64,000 nt of DNA from Zygnema circumcarinatum SAG 698-1b (lineage: Eukaryota > Plantae > Zygnematophyceae): positions 558,001 to 622,000 of the forward strand of contig CM074804.1 in assembly GCA_037447605.1 (NCBI GenBank). The letters run 5' to 3'. Positions 54,266-64,000 of the stretch are shown here, piece after piece. The translations under genes and the position numbers were made by a program. Positions within the stretch are counted from its first letter, which is position 1, and the number at the start of each line of letters is the position of its first letter. A model generated the notes under the pieces. It was not told the DNA's origin. It saw only the letters and a program-made list of their open reading frames with translations, and did not search any database.

Positions 54266-54968
54266 GTCGGCCGCCCTCCCTCCCTCCCTCCCATACGTCC
54301 CCGCGTCCTCCAAGACGGGCGCCAGTTGATGCATTGGAAACGCCTTCCTGCAAGGGAGCCTCCGGCCCTCCGCCTCCGCCTGCACCGTACAATGTACGGA
54401 GCATCGAAAACTGACCACCTCACAGGTCGAACCGTTCTTGAAGAAGCCAATGGTTGTCTGGCCAATGGATTTTAACCATCGCCAATGGTTGGCAATAACT
54501 GGCAAAGCAATGGTTGGCAATCAATGGCCGGATACGCCACCAATGGTTGCGACCATTGGCAATGGCTGGCGCGTCCGGCAACCGATGGTTGCAACCATTG
54601 GCACTGAATTGCCTGTCAACTACGTGTCGACAAAAGTGTTTTTGTTGACAAAACCACCACTCCTTTCAAGGGGGCGCTTGCTGCTTAGTAAAGCGGCGCT
54701 AGTCGTTGGCAGCTTCACAATATTTTCGCCCAATATTTGCCGAAACCATGGCGAAAATATTGGGGGGGTCTACTGTAGAGTTACCCTTCCTAATAATGTA
54801 CTGTACAAAAACGCAAAAAACAGCCAAGATTCGCATCGCTTCCATGACACCAGCAAGTGAAACAGCTGTTATGCACAACAATTTACATCGTTACATCCTG
54901 AAAGGAATGTACGAAGTGCAAGTCCGCATCATCTCGTGGAATACTCAATCCTTTTAGTCTGCCACTGC

Positions 54969-55705
<737 letters not shown>

Positions 55706-55857
55706 CCATGCACTGATATAGAATAAACAGAATTTTTTTGCGCAAGTTGGAGAATAACTATTGCTGCACAACACCCATACAAGCCATGTCATCCAATTAT
55801 GTAACTGTGTTCTTGCTCCTGAAGTCCAAAACTCGATAACAGTTTTTGAAGTGGCAA

Positions 55858-58400
55858 ACCTTTCAGCTCTAGTATCTGGTTGTGTAGTGCACGCCGTTCA
55901 CTTGATTCAGCAACAAATTGCCGATGAAGGTCCGCAATTTGAGATTCTGCAAGCGTTACAACAGAAGCCAAGCACCTAGGAAATGAAAACGCCAGCAGGA
56001 GTAACTAGTACTTAGTATTCGTCAGATATAACAGACATTTTGATGGAAAATTGAAACTTTTTGGGTTACATCAATAGCAGTAAGTATCTGCTTCCATCTT
56101 ACCTAGTTGCTTTATGGCTTTCTATTTGTTTGTTCAGCCTTTTGGAGGCCTGCATTATTGAGAAAATTTGGCTTTTTGATAGGCTCTGGCAAGGATGAGG
56201 AGAAAAAAGAGTTGTCGGCAAGGGGAAGAGGGAGGGGGGGGAGTGGAGGTCGAGGAATTGGTAGAAGTGCAAAGAGTGGAGCAGCAGAATTCGTGGAAGC
56301 AGAAGCAGAAGCAGAAAGAGACGAAGAAGAAGAAGAAGAAGAAGAAGAAGAAGAAGAAGAAGAAGAAGAAGAAGAAGAAGAAGAAGAAGAAGAAGAAGAA
56401 GAAGAAGAAGAAGAAGAAGAAGAAGAAGACGAAGAAGAAGCAAAAGAAGAAAAGGAAGAAGAAGCAAAAGCTCCGCCAACTGTCAGAAATCGTTGAAGGA
56501 CGAGGAAAGATAAAGTCTTCAATCTTTTTTCTCCAACGGAACGGATTATTTCCCCCCTTTCAATAGAAAGGGGGAAAATTTCATTATCCGATAAACAAAA
56601 ATCCAATTAAAATGTAACTACTTCGATATTTAACTCACAAGTAATCATGAAATGTATGTATGTGTCTTGAGGAGTACAATGTAGTTTGTTTTCAAGCTTT
56701 TGTACTGAATTAATGCCATTTGTTTCAATTTTTCTTGCGTCAGTCTCACTCCGTTCTGCTAGACCATTCCCTTGCGTTATCTGAGTGAGACTGACGCAAG
56801 AAAAATTGAAACGAATGGCACCAATTCAGTACAAAAGCTTGAAGAGAAACTACATCGGCTACAAAAAGACTTTGAGGTTTGTACTCCTCCTCGAGACACA
56901 TACATACACTTCATGATTACTTGTGAGTTAAATACCGAAATAGTTACATTTTAATTGGATTTTTGTTTATCGGATAATGAAATTTTAATCCGTTTCGTTG
57001 GAGAAGAAAGATTGAAGACCTTACCTTTCCTCGTCCTCCAACGATTTCTGACAATTGACGGAATTTCTGCTTCTTCTTCCTCTTCTTCTTCTGCTTCTTC
57101 TTTGTCTTCTTCTTCTTCTTCTTCTTCTTCTTCTTCTTCTTCTTCTTCGTCTCCTTCTGCTTCTGCTTCTGCTTTTGCTTCTGCTTCCACGAATTCTGCT
57201 GCTCCACTCTTTGCACTTTTACCAATTCCTCGACCTCCACTCCCCCCCCTCCCTCTTCCCCTTGCCGACAACTCCTCCTTCTCCTCATCTTTGCCAGAGT
57301 CTATCAAAAAGCCAGATTTAAAATAAGCAAAACATAGTAATTTTTCAATGCAAGCTCTGAGTGAAGCACAAGCTATAATATTTCTAAGATACGGTTGTTG
57401 TATTACGCAAGAATAATCTGAATTGAGTTATGAATTTCTTCAGCGAATGCATGCATGCTCGACGATAAAAGTTAAGTTCAGTGTTAACCGATGAAAGCAT
57501 GACTGTAACTAAAAATACGGTATGCTGGAAACATACTTTGTTAAGAGGTTCATTTCTTAGGATGTGTCCACATTCCTGCAAAAGACATAGCAACTAACGT
57601 TAAAAAGATGAAACTGTAGGAAAAAAAATGGATTTCAATAAATTTTAAGAAACTTGATTTGCCTCTGGAGAGGAAAATAACCATGTTCTGAGCAGCATTG
57701 GGATACTTTGCACCGATCTTATTACAATGCGTATTCGCTCTTGCCTCGTTCTAAGAATACAAAAAAAATTGATAACATTATCTTCAAGATTACACTCGAG
57801 AAACAGCAGAACATTGCATAGTGTAAGAGATAAGTGTTGGTATTGAGTCGCTAACAAAAATCCTTATAAGACCCTCCGCGATTATCTCAGTGTTCTCCTC
57901 CGTCATCCCTTCCATCTCAGCGATTGCCTGCACATATAACGCAAACACATCAATTCTACGCCAGTTCTGTATTCAATACAGGTTAATTCGCCTCCAACAC
58001 AAAGAAAATAGATTCTGCTGGCGGCCAGGCTATGTATTCAATAAGGTGGACTGCACCAGTGCTCGACGGTGGTTTAGAATTATTTTTGAAATTGCAAGCG
58101 GTCAAGCATGGGAGTTTCTTCACCTTCTTGTTTGCTTGATGTAATTCATTGAATCGGATAATTTCAGCTTCGCTGAAATTATGAGATTTATCTCCAGCAT
58201 TGATTCCTCCTGTTTGAGACCTGCAGACAAACACGCAAGGGCAAGAGCAATCAGCAAATTTTTTCACCTTCCGCAAATTAGAGAATCCTCAACAGTACCA
58301 AACTCTGATTGAGCTTGCTTTCCGACTAACGGAAGAAAGGTAAAAATCTGCAATGTCAAGGGAAGCAGCATACATGGCGACGTTCTTGGACTGATTCTCG
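55858..58400 (-). pseudogene. Truncated kinesin-14-like gene (coiled coil + neck, no motor exons)
   Basis: Exon 55979-55858 RCLASVV..ESSERRALHNQILELKG| is the kinesin-14 neck motif that normally precedes NIRVFCR; no such exon follows. Coiled-coil exons at 56152-56105 and ~56757-56670; upstream exons at 57.5-58.4 kb are tentative. Confidence 0.55.
56164..57319. repeat. Long imperfect inverted repeat: arms 56164-56751 and 56783-57319, 31-nt spacer; contains (GAA)n/(TTC)n
   Basis: Arms aligned by hand as reverse complements; ORFs 56107(+)/56951(-) and 56112(-)/56955(+) are near-duplicates. Confidence 0.95.
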
Positions 58401-58581
58401 AAGGTGCCTGCCGGCACTCTGCGCCTTCGGTGCTTGCAGCCCTTGGAGCAGCCTCCCTCTCGACCGCCTCCCTCGCAGCGGCAGCAGCAGCAGCAGCGCC
58501 TTGCACGGCAAATATACCCTTTGGCGCGGAAACGAGCGCGCTCGGCGGGTTCAATTTTTTCACGCGCCAAGGGGAGAAGAA

Positions 58582-58699
58582 TTTCATTGAACTCGCGATG
58601 GCGAGGCCATCAAATGTACATGGACAAAAGCAAAATGTGGAACCACGAGGGACTGGTCGCAAAGGACCGAAACACAATAAAACGAAGCTAGAGCGGAAA
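58582..58699 (-). repeat. Dispersed repeat family B, second full copy
   Basis: Reverse complement aligns to 50266-50384. Confidence 0.85.
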
Positions 58700-58702
58700 C
58701 TA

Positions 58703-58776
58703 CGCCCAAGCGCCCAAGCGCCCAAGCGCCCAAGCGCCCAAGCGCCCAAGCGCCCAAGCGCCCAAGCGCCCAAGCG
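58703..58776. repeat. (CGCCCAAG)x9 minisatellite
   Basis: Perfect 8-bp unit read directly. Confidence 0.95.
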
Positions 58777-59519
58777 TTTGCATAGGCAAGCGACGCCGAA
58801 CCAAGGGGCCGCTCCCTTCCAATGAAAAAGCGCCACGTGGCTATGGTCGAATCCAATGATTTTTCAACCACTGTTTGGTCCAATGGTTCGACCTGTGACG
58901 TACTCTGAAAAGGTCCCATGGTAACGGCTACAAAAGTATCTCTGGCACAACTTTTTCTGCTAAAGCATAAGCATCATCATCATACCTTAAAACAATAAAA
59001 CCGGGCCAAGCTTGAAGAGAAAAACTTGCGCGAATCAAATAAAGGCGAAAACCTCAGTCCCTCGTCGACATTCCTTTCATCTGATTAAGGCCAATACAAA
59101 TCTCTCGCACCTTAACGACTAATCTTGAAACTGAGAAGTCCGATCTATCATCGAAAACTATCTAACATTGATAGTTTCACAATAAACTTGAACAGAGCCG
59201 TTTGAACTACTCAAGAATGTCAACTAGCTATGGTAGGCTACCCCAAATAGCTAATCCTCACTCTGATGAAACCAGACCTGCATCAATCACCTCAGCGCCA
59301 ATTGCCAACCTAATGTCCAACGTTTTACTTATTGGACCATCCTACCTCAAAATTCTGTGGGGCGAATTCCCTGGTGGCTTGAGTGCTAAAAGCTGAACTC
59401 CTCTCTTTCCCCCCCTCTCTCCTCCCTCCCTCCCTCCCTCCCTCCCTCCCTCCCTCCCTCCCTCTCCTCGCAACCAACAGCGCGCAAAGCAAGCAGCACT
59501 TCGCCTCATCTCGTGTTCG

Positions 59520-61614
59520 TCAGCTGTCCAGACTCCGCTTGACTGTTATCCCCATAGAACGTGCAGTTCCAATGATTGAACGGCAAATGGCCTCCAAGGA
59601 CATGTAGCCGCAGTCAGGATCGGTCTGCTTGATCTTTGCTATTTCATAGATGTGTTTTAGGGTTACAACGCCAACATTCTCGTGGCCAGCTGATCCGCTT
59701 CCCGACTGCACGCTTGCTGCTTTCTTCAAAAAGTAGGACACTTGAGGTGACCTGATGTAGAACTTAAAGGTGCGGTCCTGCATAACAATAACATGTGATG
59801 AGCTTTGGCTTGATATCAGCAGCAATGTAGAAGCCATTCATAACATTAGAACCAGTATCATCATGATCTCAATATCCTTATGGACGGTTTCCCGTAGAAG
59901 TCAAGAAAGAAAAAGGACAACAGCATGCCTTTATAGGATTAGGAGACTAACAGTCTTACGTACTTACATCAATCTGAAAATCAAATTGTTTAATATTCAG
60001 ACCCAATGCAAACTGTTCATGAAGCCTTAAAGAACAGGTCTTAAAATGGTGAATGCAATTGAATCGATCTGGCCTACAACCATCTACCAGGTGCCTTTGC
60101 CGCTTAAAATAGACTGCCCTGCATCAGGCATGGCAGAGAACCGAAGATGGAAGCTTTCTTGATTGTGACCCTACTGCAGTAAAAAACATCATAGCTCAAA
60201 AGCCTGCTACCATTAGAGACATCTTCGGCGTCACAACTACAGGTAATCCGCTGTAGAACTTGGCAACTATAGCTAGAAGGTAACATACCAGAGAAGAGAA
60301 GGACGCATGACGCTATGACGCTTTGCATTTCAACATCAGAAGGCGCAAATTGTGATTCCAGCTTTGGCACAAGGCAGATTCTTCTAATTTTGCTTTCCAA
60401 AGTCTCAAAACTAGGACATTGATGAAAAGACAAACTAAAGAAATCAGCAAACAGAACGGCGACTTCTCGGTAGATTTGGCGGAAAACATGGAGACCACAG
60501 AGCACATGTCCATCTCCAAACAGATTTATCCTTCAAATAATTCCAGTATGGCAGGACGGAAGGTTTCTGCATCCTCCAAGGACACCGGGCCTTACACGCA
60601 TCGTGCTTAAAAGCATATTCATCGAAATGACTAACCTTGATCAGGCAAGTAACCCATGCTCTGATGTAAGTTACGGGCAGTGCGTATATGGACTGCTGCT
60701 TGCAGCAATTAAATGGACAACGATTGTATGCGAAGCAAATGGAAACCTATCGTTTGACTCATGACTGCTTGTGGAGGTCGGTTTAACGACGGTGCAGGCA
60801 GAATGAAACCTGGTCTGATCAGAGTCAGTATTCCAACCTAGAATAGCATGAGCCTCTGCTGGTAGATGTCCAAACACGGATGAACATTGAGATACTTCCA
60901 GAAAGTCACCATTATTACATTCGCTTCGTGACAGTCAAACTGCTTCTTTGTGTCGAAAACATTTGTTTTATAATTGTTGCTAGCCATGAATTCAGCAATT
61001 CTGCGACAACCCATCGGCTGTAGTTTGTGCTCATTTGACAAACCTAAAAACACTCCTACGCAGAAAGCTGGCACGCCTTACTGCCTCATCCTACATTTCC
61101 TCGCTGGGAAAACAATCGTTTAATTTCCCGAATGGTATACCTTGGCAAGAACCTGACTAATTAGTATCTTCGGCTAATTTTGGATTAAACAAACTAGAAC
61201 ACTCTCTCTCTAAAGAAACATTCCTTCGAGTCTGCCCAATTTCCTCACCCGGTGGGATGTTCAAGGTCGACATGATTCCTTTCAGTAAGCAGACCCTCCT
61301 TCTACTCTCTTTCCAAAAGAAAGCCTCCCGACTGAACAAATCTTATGCTTAACAAAGCTAAACTGTTCATAGGAGCAAGCAACCCTTCAGCTCCAAGCAA
61401 CTCGCTTGAAAGAACTAACCTTAAAGGCTGTGAGTTTGACAGGAATCGGCACGTCTGGTCGGATATGCTGGGTGCGGGCATTGAAATCCTTGCAAAAAGC
61501 CATGAGATTGAGGCCATGCTGGCCAAGAGCAGGCCCTACAGGAGGCGCAGGTTTTGCTTGCCCCGCGTTAATCACAAGGCGGATAATAGTCGCTACTGGC
61601 TTTGCTTGCGCCAT
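59520..61614 (-). CDS. RPL11: Organellar (likely mitochondrial) ribosomal protein uL11, 2 exons (61614-61420, 59777-59520)
   Basis: [47 protein letters not shown]|[45 protein letters not shown]. Confidence 0.95.
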
Positions 61615-61858
61615 TCCACCATCCTCAAATTCAGAAGCCCACTAACTCTTCAGACTCAAAGGGCTACCTGCAGTGGACAATTGCGTCAGTTTCGTGGCGG
61701 CACGGACCTGTAAAGCTTTCCGGCCGCTGCCGGCGTGAATATTTTCGGAGCTGCACTACAACATTGGAGAATTTTAAAGCAAAAGGAGTGCGCTCAGGAA
61801 GCAAGGCAGTGATTCAGTTGGGTCAAATGTACTTTGTGGTTGAGAAGGAGAAGACGCC

Positions 61859-63606
61859 ATGGCAGCCATGGATTGGGAGCTGCACGCTCCGAAGCTTTTC
61901 ATATCAGAAGTGTGCAACAGTTCTATCAGAAGTCGCAAGAACCTTCCTGCAGTACGCTGTCTTGGAGGGCTCTTATTCCAGAGGGCATGGCTGCAGGTGC
62001 TGGCAGGACCTTTGCTAAGAATTGGAAGAGAAGGCTTTGCATTCAGAATATAGCTGTATAGTTAGCGTTACCAGTGCTCGATGGAAAATGCAGGAATGTG
62101 AGAGCAGTGCGACTCTCTGGTTCAGGTAAGTGTAGAGCCTCCTCCGAGTCGTCTGGAATGGGTACATGGCAGATTATTTTTACTGCTATGCGCAGCTCTG
62201 AGGCATAAGCGGAGGAAAGATAAGGCATTAACAATCATGAAGCAGGAACTCAGTCTTTACTTTTGTCTTCGAAGTTAACAACCACTGTGCAAAAAAAGCT
62301 CATTTTTAGTTTCGAACAAGTTTCGTGTTTGCCTTCAAACGCGCATGGTGAAGTTTGCAGTGACTGTATAAGCTTGAGAAATTCCTGACATGCAAAAATG
62401 GCAGAAAGCTTGCTGATCGCTTTTGAAAAAGAAAGCAAATAACCTTGGCATAATTCGTTTACCTGAGGAAAGGGTGAAATCTTATCCAATGTTTCCTGTC
62501 GCTTCATAAGTTGGAAGTGATAGTGATACTGTTGTAAAGGGATGACTCAGTTTTGTCTTTGCTGGAGGAATGTTTCTATCCAAATAATGTTAAAATGCAG
62601 GTGCGATTTTCCGCATGCAGGGCATAGTAGTGCCTGGGCGTGGTGATTCAGAAGATCTCTTCCTGGATGATGGCAGTGGACTGATTCAATTTCTTCTGAA
62701 TCCGAAGTTCAAACGTCCTGAAACAGGTACTTGCTTCACACCTGCTCATTTTCTGAGACATTTAGGATTTGGGCCTGCAATATGCATAATGAACATGCAT
62801 ACAAGTTTGGATGGACAAGCGTGGAAGTTGGTAATCTGCCTTTTGAACATGATTGGTGAAAGGTAGCCTGCATCACTCTCGCATCAGAGTATGTACGTCT
62901 AAGCAAATGCATTGCAAGGTAAAAGGAGCTCAAAGGTCTAGGCCATCCAGGAGGTCTCAATTTACACAAATCCTTGACGATTCCGATGGTCTTGCTGTAC
63001 TCGTTGTTCACTAGAGTGCCTTATTGTGACTCCAGCTGCAGTTGTGGTTTCACTGAAGCTTGTGTGTTACTGGTTGACTCAGGAGCATACATACTTGTTA
63101 TGGGCCCTGTTCTTGTCAAGCCTGAGCATCCGCCCGTCATCAGGGTAGGCTTCACATTCGCCACAAGTGAAAACCTGTTCAGATGTCCACTTTGCACTGC
63201 TCTTTATGATGATATATTGTCTCATGGTCTGCTCCTCTGGAAGGCGCAAAACCCATCCAGTGGCCTCACCTAGCCACTTGCCGCTCAAGAAACTTCACTC
63301 TTTTGTTTTTAGGTCTTCTCTGGTGCTTTCCCTAATTTTCAGGTGTCTGTAAATTGGTGATCATGGTAAGGGCTTCACTATTGAATACCAAGATCTGAGT
63401 TCAAGTCGTCTCTTATCGAGCAGGTTAACCGCTTGCAGTCGCTCAATGGCTGCTGACTTTTTGCTTTGACTCTGCATTCTTGTCAGCAGGTCCACAAGCT
63501 AGTTGACTTATCAGCCAGCCCTTCACGCGAGCCTCTGTGGTACTTGGAAGTGCTCGATGCCCATCAACAGTTATATGATTCACAACTTCCACAACCGCTG
63601 CTTTGA
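61859..63606 (+). CDS. RMI2: RecQ-mediated genome instability protein 2, 4 exons (61859-61996, 62621-62726, 63083-63144, 63490-63606)
   Basis: MDWELHAPKL..LGGLLFQRAWLQ|GIVV..LFLDDGSG|GAYILVMG..|VHKLVDLSASPSREPLWYLEV, all hallmark RMI2 OB-fold motifs; phases are consistent. Confidence 0.92.
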
Positions 63607-63644
63607 CAGCATTGAGGCATCATTTGTTTGTTTTTTGGACTTAA

Positions 63645-63720
63645 AGAAATCACATCTCTCCCTCCCTGCCTCTCTCCATCTAGAGAAATCACATCTCTCC
63701 CTCCCTGCCTCTCTCCATCT
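63645..63720. repeat. 39-bp tandem duplication in RMI2 3' region
   Basis: agaaatcacatctctccctccctgcctctctccatct at 63645 and 63684. Confidence 0.9.
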
Positions 63721-64000
63721 CTTTCACACATAAATGCGCGCCCACATATTGCTTTTTGCATGACCAGGCTGAGCTTGAAGGCCTGCTTTCTGCCTTGAAT
63801 TCAAGATGGCATTCCTTGGCGATCACTAAACTCTCTCAATCTCTCTCTCGCTATCGCTCTCATGTTTGTTTACATGAATCAGAAACGTTATCCCATACCC
63901 TTGCACGTATCTCAATCGCCCGAAATAGTCATTAGGAATGGAACAAGCCAGCAGGACTTCACACCCACAAACTGCAAAAACGACTTTATGCGATAGAGCT

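Noticed and set aside
56099-57326. Poly-E/K/L/S ORFs
   Set aside because: Products of (GAA)n/(TTC)n inside an intron and its inverted copy.
58703-58776. Short regular repeat as a CRISPR array
   Set aside because: No spacers, eukaryotic context, no cas genes.

Overview
Gene-dense, intron-rich nuclear DNA from a streptophyte (land plant or charophyte alga; species not identifiable from the sequence). Gene calls rest on my recognition of protein motifs and hand-spliced exons, not on database searches. Bases 1-44 kb are an orderly run of conserved genes: 3' end of HEN1, peptidase C45-family hydrolase, fibrillin FBN4, a plant-type uncharacterised protein with a long acidic tail, UEV1, LST8, LIN37, RPA12, CK2 alpha, CAF1, an unknown multi-exon gene and a KEG-like kinase. 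Several sit head-to-head. Bases ~44.7-59 kb are rearranged around one intact condensation-domain gene. They hold two partial kinase 5' duplicates next to N gaps, a decayed polyubiquitin, a truncated kinesin-14-like gene broken by a ~1.15 kb near-palindrome, and two dispersed repeat families. RPL11 (organellar uL11) and RMI2 close the window. There is no evidence of rRNA, tRNA, CRISPR or transposase/RT genes. I found no clearly new biological system. The best leads are an intergenic CAACCATTGG palindrome family, the long hairpin, the partial kinase duplicates, a ~120 bp hairpin-bearing repeat, an intronic TTAGGG array and a 1.3 kb pure-purine tract.
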